A stretch of 64,000 bases of DNA, taken from positions 1 through 64,000 of IMG/VR virus record IMGVR_UViG_3300006674_000076, one strand, 5' to 3'. Origin of the DNA: an uncultured virus (IMG/VR IMGVR_UViG_3300006674_000076). Its lineage: Duplodnaviria > Heunggongvirae > Uroviricota > Caudoviricetes. Position numbers and translations under genes: made by a program. Shown piece after piece: positions 44,607 to 53,232 of this stretch (position 1 is its first letter; each line of letters starts with the position of its first letter). A model generated the notes under the pieces. The model was not told the origin of the DNA. It was given only the letters and a program-made list of their open reading frames with translations, and searched no databases.

Positions 44607-45131
44607 ATGATTTACAGAGGAAATGAAGCATTAGAAAAGTTAACAGAAGCAATGGGAGAGTTAAAGATTGGCTTTAGAACAAGGGCTCACAATGTTAGTT
44701 CTCTTCAGCATGTAATATTTGAGAAATACAAATCTGTAGGCGTTACAGTGCTTTCACAACAGCCATTTAGCTTTTACTGGGATACAGGTAAAGAAATCCA
44801 AGAAAACATCAACCACCTGTTATTGTTGTTCAGAAGCACTGTTGATTATTCCCTAAAAAGCAGATGCTATGCGCTAATGAACGATAAGCCTAATGTGTTG
44901 CCGAAAGACTGGGAAACTGTGCTAGATATACTAATAGAATCGTCTTACAATGATAATATCAAAGTGAACATACCAGAGAACTTACATCAGCATTCACGGT
45001 TTAATATTGTTTTGTTTCACTCGTTTAAAATGCCACGATGGGATAGTAGCATGCCGATTATAGTTACGACAATCTTAGACATGCCGTTTGAATGGATTAT
45101 CTTAGACTACATTGATGTTTTTGATTGTTAG
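44607..45131 (+). CDS. hypothetical protein with SRC motif
   Basis: AAGGAG RBS; SLKSRC. Confidence 0.55.
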   Translation: MIYRGNEALEKLTEAMGELKIGFRTRAHNVSSLQHVIFEKYKSVGVTVLSQQPFSFYWDTGKEIQENINHLLLLFRSTVDYSLKSRCYALMNDKPNVLPKDWETVLDILIESSYNDNIKVNIPENLHQHSRFNIVLFHSFKMPRWDSSMPIIVTTILDMPFEWIILDYIDVFDC

Positions 45132-45142
45132 GAGGTGAAAGC

Positions 45143-45463
45143 ATGTTCATATACACAGATGACGATGAGGCGATAAATGGTCTTTGGATAAAAAGGATAA
45201 AGATTGAATATGACAGCGATGAGAAGCTGGGAACTGGATACTTCTTAAAGCTGTATGGTGATTTCGGAGCTGATGATAATAATCCAAACCTTGTGCGTTA
45301 TTCAGCTTGGATTGGTCCTTTTGATACGTTTGCAGAAGCGCAGAAAGAATTAGATGGAATTGATAGCCAAATTTCTACTCTCAATCTATATCCGAGTGAT
45401 GAAGTAAAAGTTGAATTCGAAATGGACGATTCCAAAGATGCGCTTGACAAAAAGGAAGAATAG
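45143..45463 (+). CDS. acidic hypothetical protein, family VI
   Basis: Similar to 13111..13371. Confidence 0.6.
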   Translation: MFIYTDDDEAINGLWIKRIKIEYDSDEKLGTGYFLKLYGDFGADDNNPNLVRYSAWIGPFDTFAEAQKELDGIDSQISTLNLYPSDEVKVEFEMDDSKDALDKKEE

Positions 45464-45472
45464 TGCTATAAT
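45444..45472 (+). promoter_or_regulatory. consensus sigA promoter
   Basis: TTGACA-N17-TATAAT with TG. Confidence 0.85.
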
Positions 45473-45494
45473 ACAAGCAGGAGGTGAATAAACG

Positions 45495-45659
45495 ATGGTG
45501 AAGCAGGTTGTTGGTGGATTGATGGTAGGTTGCGCAATCCTATTATTTATGTTCTTGCTAACCTGTCTAACGTTCCCATTTAATATGATATCCTTTGTGC
45601 CACTAATATTAGGCTACATATTAGCCAGTTGGTTGATAAAAGGAAATAAAGATGCTTGA
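45495..45659 (+). CDS. 54-aa membrane peptide (not in ORF track)
   Basis: AGGAGGTG RBS; MVKQVVGGLMVGCAILLFMFLL..LILGYILASWLIKGNKDA. Confidence 0.65.
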   Translation: MVKQVVGGLMVGCAILLFMFLLTCLTFPFNMISFVPLILGYILASWLIKGNKDA

Positions 45660-45684
45660 CATTTTGTTTCAAAAGTGTTATAAT
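45656..45684 (+). promoter_or_regulatory. consensus sigA promoter
   Basis: TTGACA-N17-TATAAT with TG. Confidence 0.85.
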
Positions 45685-45708
45685 GAAAATGAAAGGAGGT
45701 AAAAGGAA

Positions 45709-45930
45709 ATGTATGAGATGGACAGCAACAAAAAGATGGCTTTAAACTTAAAGTTGGCGATGTATGTCAAAGTAGAGAAGTTCGATGCTGAAGACTATGC
45801 CGTTTGGGCTGTGTATCCAGCATGCTTTTATGGCGCATCTAAAGAACACCCATATGAGGTTTGTTTGGCACGTTTTGAAACAGAGGAACAAGCGCAGGCT
45901 TATTTGGAAGACATTGTAGCCAATTATTAA
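45709..45930 (+). CDS. hypothetical protein (family VI-like ending)
   Basis: AAGGAGGT RBS; terminator GGGAGACGG/CCGTCTCCC follows. Confidence 0.65.
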   Translation: MYEMDSNKKMALNLKLAMYVKVEKFDAEDYAVWAVYPACFYGASKEHPYEVCLARFETEEQAQAYLEDIVANY

Positions 45931-46250
45931 TCTCTCACCCTCCTTTTTTCGGGGAGACGGTTATTTCCGTCTCCCTTCTTTTTACTGTATAGTGAAACGC
46001 CTGAACGTGTAGATTGCGTTTTTACGTATATGTGTGAAGATTTACTCACGCATATCACCAAAACGTAAAATTGAGCAAAAGTGATGTGATAAATACTACG
46101 TTAGACGACCATGTTTTAGTGTGTATTTGACGAAATACGTTTTTAAATGGGGATATCGTGTAAATTAAAAAGGCAGGACGAGGGGGTAGCGTCCTGCCCT
46201 AAGGAAGGAGGAGAGAGTGTGGAGGTGGAAGCGGAGGTGACTCGATGCTT

Positions 46251-46559
46251 CTATATGGAAGGTGTTGCCCGCTTCACCAGTTTTATTCCGTTTGGTATTT
46301 CTATTATATCATATTCTGTGCCTTGAGCCAACTCTTTCATACGGTCAATGAAGGCTTCAGCTGTTGTCATCGTGTCATCGTAATACTCATCGCCAGTGCC
46401 ATATCTAAAAGTCCAGTAATCAATTAATTGATTTTCTAGGCACATCACGGCTGTTTCGTAATCCAACATGTCCCACAGGTTTTTGTTTAAATGCTTATCT
46501 CTTTCGTTCCATACTACTTCCGCTAACCCATAACCCAACTCTTCAAACATGTTGTCCAT
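46251..46559 (-). CDS. acidic hypothetical protein
   Basis: Own promoter TTGACA-N18-TATAAT (46621-46592), AAGGAGG RBS, terminator at about 46167-46199. Confidence 0.7.
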   Translation of the reverse strand: MDNMFEELGYGLAEVVWNERDKHLNKNLWDMLDYETAVMCLENQLIDYWTFRYGTGDEYYDDTMTTAEAFIDRMKELAQGTEYDIIEIPNGIKLVKRATPSI

Positions 46560-46610
46560 TCGTTTCGCCTCCTTTCTTATTTCTTGATTATATTATACCA
46601 CAAATCCTTG

Positions 46611-47474
46611 CTAATTGTCAATCACTAATTCAGGAATGATTTGTGGGAAGTTAACAGAACCTAATTTTATTGTCAGCTTCACACAGCCTGTTGGAGTGGG
46701 TCCGAACCCTTTCTGAGTGCCAAAGCTTGTTCTATTCTCCCATTCTTCCTTATAACCTGGACTTCTCACAAACCAGCAAATGTCTTTGAAAGGTCTGCAC
46801 TTCATACTTATTCGCTCTCTGGCTATTGGCACGATGTAACCTTGGTGATTATGTCCATTCCAAACTACGTTTGCATCTGGCAAATACACTGCTTGTCTGT
46901 TAGTTTCAATCACTCCACGTGTTACTTTACTATTGCCTCCTCCTCCGTTGTGCGAGTAATACAGCTTTACTGACGCATTACGATTATAAGCTTTTAGGAA
47001 AAAGACAATCCAGCCAGTCCATTCGCCTGTTACTGCGTTAGCTCCTTTTAAGTTTAACAGCATCGTCAATCGGTTCATTAAATCAATGTTGTTTCTTTTC
47101 TTTACTTCAGTTTCATGATTGCCTTGAGCCACCAAGATGATATTCGGAGCGTAAGGAGATAAAAACTCAGCACTATCCTGAACCACATAGTCAAAATAAT
47201 CCTGCCTGCGATATTCGGGACGCAGTTCATCTAAGCTGGAACGTGGGTCAAATCTTCCTTGCATTGCATCAAACCAATCTCCACCAAGCACGATAAGTGC
47301 GTCTTCTTCTTTGGCTTTATTCAAATGCTTCTCAAGTGCTTTGCGGTTGCACATAACAGAGTCAAAATGCACGTCTGAAAACAGGTATATTTTTAAGATT
47401 AACTCGCTATCGTTAACTGCATTAATCGGTAAAACACCCTCTTTAAACTTTGAAGTTTGCACCAATACGTTCAC
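46611..47474 (-). CDS. calcineurin-like metallophosphoesterase
   Basis: Homolog of 13355..14218 with the same motifs. Confidence 0.85.
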   Translation of the reverse strand: MNVLVQTSKFKEGVLPINAVNDSELILKIYLFSDVHFDSVMCNRKALEKHLNKAKEEDALIVLGGDWFDAMQGRFDPRSSLDELRPEYRRQDYFDYVVQDSAEFLSPYAPNIILVAQGNHETEVKKRNNIDLMNRLTMLLNLKGANAVTGEWTGWIVFFLKAYNRNASVKLYYSHNGGGGNSKVTRGVIETNRQAVYLPDANVVWNGHNHQGYIVPIARERISMKCRPFKDICWFVRSPGYKEEWENRTSFGTQKGFGPTPTGCVKLTIKLGSVNFPQIIPELVIDN

Positions 47475-47627
47475 GCTTTCACCTCTTTTGCAATTAACAT
47501 GCAAATATTATAACATAAGCATGCATGTATAAACCTGTCTCTTTTGCAGTTAATCGGGGAATTTAAAATTTTAATATCATTTTTATGGTTTTTAAGACAT
47601 CATTTTAAGAATTTTCATATTAAAATC

Positions 47628-47757
47628 GCTTTTTTAACAGCTTTTTTATGTTGCTTTTTTATCACTTTTTTTAGCCTTTTTTAGAATGCTTTTTTATCCG
47701 CTTTTTTTAACGTCCTTTTTTATGTCCTTTTTTAAGCTCTTTTTTAAGCTCTTTTTA
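47628..47757. repeat. array of 11 C-T(5-7)-A tracts, about 12-bp period
   Basis: Tract starts 47630, 642, 655, 666, 677, 690, 702, 716, 728, 740, 752. Confidence 0.85.
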
Positions 47758-47998
47758 TGTTCCAAAACATTTAGCCGTCAAGATTTTATATAACCAAACA
47801 TTCGCACCTTCAAAATATTTTGCTTGTCTAACAATCTAACAGACAAACAAAATATCCCAAAAAGATGCCAGAGAAAAAAAATATTTTATGTTTCTAAATG
47901 TTTGTGTCTCTCACGATGTCCACCTTCCTTTATATGGTTTTACGGTTATATTATACCATGAAAAAAGCATGAAACATGGGCATACATTTGTATACCTA

Positions 47999-48026
47999 TT
48001 GACAAGTGGCTATAAAGTGGTATAAT
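47999..48026 (+). promoter_or_regulatory. sigA promoter
   Basis: TTGACA-N16-TATAAT with TG. Confidence 0.8.
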
Positions 48027-48059
48027 AGAATCATGAGACAAAGAAAGGAGCGTGAGAGA

Positions 48060-48527
48060 ATGCAGGTAAGAAGTGAAAGAGAAAGAATAAACGAAATGCT
48101 GGAAGACATCAGCGGACAGCTTTATAACATTTCTGATTATCCAGCTATTACGGATTACCAGACAATGGTCGAAAAAATGCTTTTTTCTCGCATCAATGCG
48201 GCACTTGAAGAAATGAACGAAGAAGAAGCACGGGACATTATCGCTGATATAGAAGAAGCACGGGACATATTTTTATTTGATTTTTTCGAAGAAATGTATA
48301 AATTAGCGGAGAAAATCGAAAAAATCAGCGAAAAAGAAAAAAGCTTAAAGATGCTTGCTATAACGCTTAAAGAAGCATACCAGGAAGCAATTCGTTTATA
48401 TTGGAGCTTTGGGGATACTTTATATGCTGAAATATTTAAAAACATAAAATCTGAAAAGCTTAAAGATGCTTGCTTTAAACTGCTTGACGAATTACTGGAC
48501 TACCTGACCGAAGCATTACATTTTTAA
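48060..48527 (+). CDS. hypothetical protein, family V
   Basis: Homolog of 11119..11550. Confidence 0.7.
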   Translation: MQVRSERERINEMLEDISGQLYNISDYPAITDYQTMVEKMLFSRINAALEEMNEEEARDIIADIEEARDIFLFDFFEEMYKLAEKIEKISEKEKSLKMLAITLKEAYQEAIRLYWSFGDTLYAEIFKNIKSEKLKDACFKLLDELLDYLTEALHF

Positions 48528-48530
48528 AGC

Positions 48531-48559
48531 TTGACAAAATACTTAAAAAGTGGTATAAT
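48531..48559 (+). promoter_or_regulatory. consensus sigA promoter
   Basis: TTGACA-N17-TATAAT with TG. Confidence 0.85.
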
Positions 48560-48590
48560 ATAACTAACAATAAAAAAGGAGGCAGAGACA

Positions 48591-48995
48591 ATGACAAAAA
48601 AAGAGCTATGGGACAAAACGGCAGGCATAGAATGGGACATTTTCAATGAAGTGTTATACGTAGTGTTTGAAGAAGAAAAGGAAGATAACGAAGAACTAAG
48701 CGAAGAAGAACTCAAAAAGCTGTATGAAGCAACGGACTTAAACGAGAGAAGCGGATATGACACACTAGAGTATATTTGTAATCGTTATGTTTATTACAGC
48801 GACCTGCTGGCTTGGTATTCTAAGGACTTAAGGCATATGCATTATGTAAACGATTATGCAGAGGAGTTTGGAGCTTGCGAATCTGGAAGCTTTGACATTT
48901 GGAAGCTTCTTGCTCGTGCGCAGGCACAATATTATACTGAGCAAGTAGACGCTTTAAACATGACACTGCGAGACATTCTCAGATTTGTAGACTGA
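48591..48995 (+). CDS. acidic protein, Ocr-like DNA-mimic candidate
   Basis: VYYSDLL..EEFG..DIWKLL; terminator at about 49014-49041. Confidence 0.5.
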   Translation: MTKKELWDKTAGIEWDIFNEVLYVVFEEEKEDNEELSEEELKKLYEATDLNERSGYDTLEYICNRYVYYSDLLAWYSKDLRHMHYVNDYAEEFGACESGSFDIWKLLARAQAQYYTEQVDALNMTLRDILRFVD

Positions 48996-49050
48996 AGCGC
49001 ATCAGCTACAGCGTGGGACAGCATGAAGCTGTCCCATTTTTCATTTGGTA

Positions 49051-49079
49051 TTGACAAAATGCCAAAAGTATGCTATAAT
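49051..49079 (+). promoter_or_regulatory. consensus sigA promoter
   Basis: TTGACA-N17-TATAAT with TG. Confidence 0.85.
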
Positions 49080-49112
49080 AAAACCATGAAACAAAGAAAG
49101 GAGATGAGAAAA

Positions 49113-49475
49113 ATGCTGAGAGACCTTGGGAACGGTAAAGCGATTCTCGAATTTGAAGACTGGGAGAGAGAATCAAGGTATAACTGGATGGACTTTGCAG
49201 AGCTTGGAGACTTCATAGCATCTTACCTTATTTTAAATGTTGAAGGAATGACTGATGATGACACCATAAACGAATTTGAAGCGGTAGGATATCTGACTAC
49301 ACCAGAGGACCAAGTTAAGAAAATTTCTCTTAGCGTGCTAATTGACTGGAATGTCACTACTTGGATACCTGTTAAACTCGGAGAATTGAAAAGCGGAGAA
49401 GCAAGCGCATTCGACATTTACAGGACTGTGTGGGATTACTTCGAATTTGTGGAGATTGACAAAGTAGAGGCCTAA
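49113..49475 (+). CDS. acidic hypothetical protein, family III
   Basis: GDF....V.GMTDDD.I..G..GEL.SG...DI...WDY shared with 7260/8760 ORFs. Confidence 0.65.
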   Translation: MLRDLGNGKAILEFEDWERESRYNWMDFAELGDFIASYLILNVEGMTDDDTINEFEAVGYLTTPEDQVKKISLSVLIDWNVTTWIPVKLGELKSGEASAFDIYRTVWDYFEFVEIDKVEA

Positions 49476-49756
49476 TAAGAATTTGAGAAGCTGGGACATT
49501 CTTCAGTGTCTCAGCTTCTCTTTTTTATCGCTTCACACATTCCATAAAATAACTTATCTTAGGTAATATGTTTTAATTTATTAATTTAATTATTAATAAT
49601 AATATGTATTCTTATTCTATTCTTTAACTTCTTTAATATCTTCCTTATATTCTTTACTCTTAACTATTAATATATCTTAGAATATATAAAGCTTTGTCTT
49701 ATTCTACATCTGTAGAATGAAGAAAAAGAAAAAAGATAAGGCTTGAAGAATTTACC

Positions 49757-49990
49757 ATTTTTAAGCGCTTTTTTATGTTTTTTTTAAAATCCTTTTTTAA
49801 TTTTCTTTTTTTTATCCTTTTTTAACTGCCTTTTTTTATCTTTTTTTTTACCTTTTTTAAGTGCCTTTTTTAAGTGCCTTTTTTTGTTAAGCCTATGTTA
49901 AGCCAATGTTAAGAGATTCAGGCCTCCGATTGTTAAGCCAAAGTTAAGAACGTTAAGCCAATGTTAAGGCATGGTTAAAAACATGTTAAA
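49757..49990. repeat. second T-tract array followed by nine GTTAA(G/A) repeats at about 11-bp period
   Basis: T tracts 49758-49885; GTTAAG/A at 49886, 897, 908, 932, 943, 952, 963, 974, 985. Confidence 0.85.
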
Positions 49991-50218
49991 ATTCTGGCAT
50001 GCCTTAACATAAATATTAAATAGGCCTCCAGGCCTGTTTATACCTATATTATACCACAGTTTAAGGCCTAAGTGTTAAATTAATATTAAGCGTGCTAACT
50101 GGGTTATAAAATTGAATGATNCTAAATTATANATTAAACGATTCAAAATAGCCTGTATGCTCAAAAGTGGTATACANANAANNACCTAAAAAGTTAACAC
50201 TGGCTTAACACAAAAGTG

Positions 50219-50247
50219 TTGACAAGTATAGCATACAGTGGTAGGAT
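50219..50247 (+). promoter_or_regulatory. sigA promoter
   Basis: TTGACA-N17-TAGGAT with TG. Confidence 0.7.
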
Positions 50248-50299
50248 ATAGTTAGGTCATCTGAAGATGACCAAAAATAAAAAAAGGAAGGTGGAGGCA

Positions 50300-50641
50300 G
50301 TGAGTAACAAGCAAAAAGTAGGAGTTAGGTGGCTTGATTATGTCGGCTTCTTCGAGCCTGCATTTTACAAGGATTGTCACATTCAAGGCATTAAAGCTGA
50401 GGCAGAAGCCATTAATAAGTGCATTGTAACTGTGTCGATCTTTTGCACGATCTGGCTTGAGAACGGATGCGACATAAATCGCTGGATTAGTTATAATGTG
50501 AAAAGTGAGCTCGACACTGTGCCACTTAGCATAGATGAGTTCTACGCACTTAGGCCTGAGCACTTCATTACGCTGGTACAGCAAAATTATTATCCCGTGA
50601 CTGCATTTATGCAGATATATAAGGAAGGTGATTTGGCATGA
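50300..50641 (+). CDS. hypothetical protein
   Basis: AAGGAAGGTGGAGG RBS, GTG start. Confidence 0.6.
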   Translation: MSNKQKVGVRWLDYVGFFEPAFYKDCHIQGIKAEAEAINKCIVTVSIFCTIWLENGCDINRWISYNVKSELDTVPLSIDEFYALRPEHFITLVQQNYYPVTAFMQIYKEGDLA

Positions 50642-50805
50642 ATATTGACAGGATAGAGCGCTTAATAAGTGAGTTCATAGCTGAACTAGAAGACTTCGGA
50701 ACTGATGGAAACTATCATGTGTTAAACGCTATTGATAACCTAACAGCAGCATTGATGGAGCTTGAAGAATTAGAACTTATACCAGAACTGAACATGGAAG
50801 AATAA
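50638..50805 (+). CDS. 55-aa very acidic peptide (not in ORF track)
   Basis: MNIDRIERLISEFIAELEDFG..MELEELELIPELNMEE; RBS, ATGA overlap, terminator at about 50825-50855. Confidence 0.65.
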   Translation: MNIDRIERLISEFIAELEDFGTDGNYHVLNAIDNLTAALMELEELELIPELNMEE

Positions 50806-51559
50806 CAGTTAAACTGCTATTATGGAAGGTGCACCTAACACGGTGCACCTTCTTTATTGTGTAAATGAGCGCATTATAACCGAAGTCTAAACCCAAGTCT
50901 ATAACTGGAATTAAAGTGGTATACTTTTGTTAACCTGTGGAAAGCCCCCCCGTTAAAAAAGTTATCCACAGCCGCTCGTCTACTTCCCTCTCGTAAATTT
51001 TAGGTAAAAATCCGATTTAAGGCATTTTAACGAATTTACGATACCGAAATTGTAAAATTAGGCATTCTAGATATATTTGTGAGTAAATTATCATGAATAT
51101 CGTCAAAACGCAAAATACACGAAAAGTGGGTATGGAAAAATCAATGTTTCTTGGCACTGATTTTTAGTGAAAACAGGGTTTTAAGATTTAAGTGAAAAGA
51201 GTTTGAAAATCGTTTTTGAGCTATTACTAAGATAAACAATAGAAGATAAGAGTAACATATTAAAGATAAGAAGAACATATTCTTCTTCTTTTTCTTTTTT
51301 TAACTTAAAATATATAATTAAAGAAAAGAAAGAAGATATTCCTCTTATTCTTATCTTTTTATTTTTAAATATATATAATTAAAATAAAAGAAATAAGATA
51401 ATCTTCTTCTTATTCTTATAATTAATTAATAATTAAAAAAAAGAAAAGAAGAATATATTAATTAATTAATATAAGGTTCTAAAGAAATATATATTAAAAT
51501 ATATATGTTCTTTGGTTTTTAATTAATAAATAATACTTAAGATAAGTAGGAGGTAAAAT

Positions 51560-51898
51560 ATGGACTTATTCTTTAGTTTAAATACAGTAGAAGATAAAAA
51601 CAAAGAGATAGAAATGTTACTTATAAACAACGTAGAGAATTTTTTCATTAAATTAAAAGCTGGAAAGCTTAAAAAAGAAGATTTAAGTAACATAGCGTCA
51701 TTGTTTAGTTTAACAGAATTAGAAAGAGGATTGTTATTGTTAGAATATTACAGCTTCTTGGGAATTAAATTCTTCAATCGTTATTTTGGAAAATTAATAT
51801 ACGTAAACGTTTCAGACAGAAAACTATCTGAAGAGACGAAAAACAGAATAAGAGAGATTTGTATTAAAAACTGTCCTGAAATAAAAGATGAGATGTAA
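51560..51898 (+). CDS. hypothetical protein
   Basis: AGGAGGT RBS after AT-rich tract. Confidence 0.6.
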   Translation: MDLFFSLNTVEDKNKEIEMLLINNVENFFIKLKAGKLKKEDLSNIASLFSLTELERGLLLLEYYSFLGIKFFNRYFGKLIYVNVSDRKLSEETKNRIREICIKNCPEIKDEM

Positions 51899-51942
51899 AT
51901 TTGTGAAGCAAAGCGTGTTATAATAAGATGGGAGGTGAAAAA

Positions 51943-52647
51943 GTGAACATACTGTTAACAAACGATGACGGTTATGAAGCTGAAGGCTTTAGAGAGTTAA
52001 AACACGCCTTAGAAGCAGAAGGACACTTTGTGATTGCTTGTTCAACTACAAAAAATGCCAGTGGTTGTGGTTCTGGAAGAGATTTATCGCTACTTTGGGA
52101 AGTAGAAGTTCATGAAGATGGAAAAACTCCAATATTTGCTATTAGGACAGATAAAACGGTAAATTGTATAGATTTCGGTAAGTTTTATTTTGAAACGCTT
52201 GGTAAGGATATAGATATGGTCTTAGTTGGAATTAATCACGGACCTAATTTCACGTGGACTGATTTATACAATTCTGGCACAATGGGTGCAGGAGCTTACG
52301 CAGTTCATAAAAAACACACTTCTATAGCGTTATCTGAAATAAACGGACATTACCAATATTTTCCAGAATTAGCCAAATTCGTTGTTGAAAAAATATACCA
52401 ATTCGATGTTCCTGAGGGAACGCTGTTAAGTATTAACTTTCCAGATTGTAAGCCTGATGAATTCAAAGAAGATTTTGCAGTGCTTCCTTCTAATTTAGAT
52501 GGTGGTTGGCACAGATATTTTGAAACGCATTCAGATGGCAACGTAATGTATGTAAAAGTGTTACCAGTCCGTGTTCGTAGTATAGCTGAAGAGTTTTTAT
52601 CACAAAACAAAGCTGTTGTGCAATTCTTAAAAGTGCCTTACGAGTAG
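51943..52647 (+). CDS. surE: SurE-family 5'/3'-nucleotidase
   Basis: ILLTNDDG, SG.G, GINHGPN, SGTMGA. Confidence 0.85.
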   Translation: MNILLTNDDGYEAEGFRELKHALEAEGHFVIACSTTKNASGCGSGRDLSLLWEVEVHEDGKTPIFAIRTDKTVNCIDFGKFYFETLGKDIDMVLVGINHGPNFTWTDLYNSGTMGAGAYAVHKKHTSIALSEINGHYQYFPELAKFVVEKIYQFDVPEGTLLSINFPDCKPDEFKEDFAVLPSNLDGGWHRYFETHSDGNVMYVKVLPVRVRSIAEEFLSQNKAVVQFLKVPYE

Positions 52648-52656
52648 GAGGTAGCC

Positions 52657-53232
52657 ATGTTTATCGTATTTGAAGGAATAGATGGTTCAGGGAAAACAAC
52701 GACAGCAAAAATTGTTACCGACATGCTTGTAGAGATGGGAGTTCCTGCCATTTATACTTATGAGCCGTATTTCTACAAAGACATCATTAAAAATTATGTT
52801 CACGATTACATTTTAGCTACTGCATTGTTCAGTGCAGACCGAATCAGACATGTAAAAGAAGTGATAAAGCCAGCACTTGATAAAGGAGAATGGGTTATTT
52901 GTGATAGATACGCTGAATCCACTTGGGTATACGAATATTACTGTGTATTAGGTGCAGATGAAGAAATAGTTAAGAATTTCATTGAAGCCACAGCATTAAT
53001 AAAGCCAGATGTTGAGTTTTTGTTTGACATAGACCCACAAATAGCTTTAACACGCAAAAATGGAGACATGTTTGAGAATCTAACAGTGCTGTCTAATGCC
53101 AGATTTGGCTATATGGAATCGCCTTTGTATGCAAAACGCAGGTATGTAATTTATGCAGACGATTTATACGATGCTGTAAGTAAAGTATTGAACACGTTGA
53201 AAGCCGAAATTGAGGAAGTAATAGATGGCTAA
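52657..53232 (+). CDS. tmk: thymidylate (dTMP) kinase
   Basis: FIVFEGIDGSGKTT, EP, LF.ADR..H, VICDRY..S..Y, PD..F.FD. Confidence 0.9.
   Translation: MFIVFEGIDGSGKTTTAKIVTDMLVEMGVPAIYTYEPYFYKDIIKNYVHDYILATALFSADRIRHVKEVIKPALDKGEWVICDRYAESTWVYEYYCVLGADEEIVKNFIEATALIKPDVEFLFDIDPQIALTRKNGDMFENLTVLSNARFGYMESPLYAKRRYVIYADDLYDAVSKVLNTLKAEIEEVIDG

Noticed and set aside
49676..49700. dif-like site (CTTAGAATATATA)
   Set aside because: Only one arm resembles Bacillus dif; the XerD-type arm is missing
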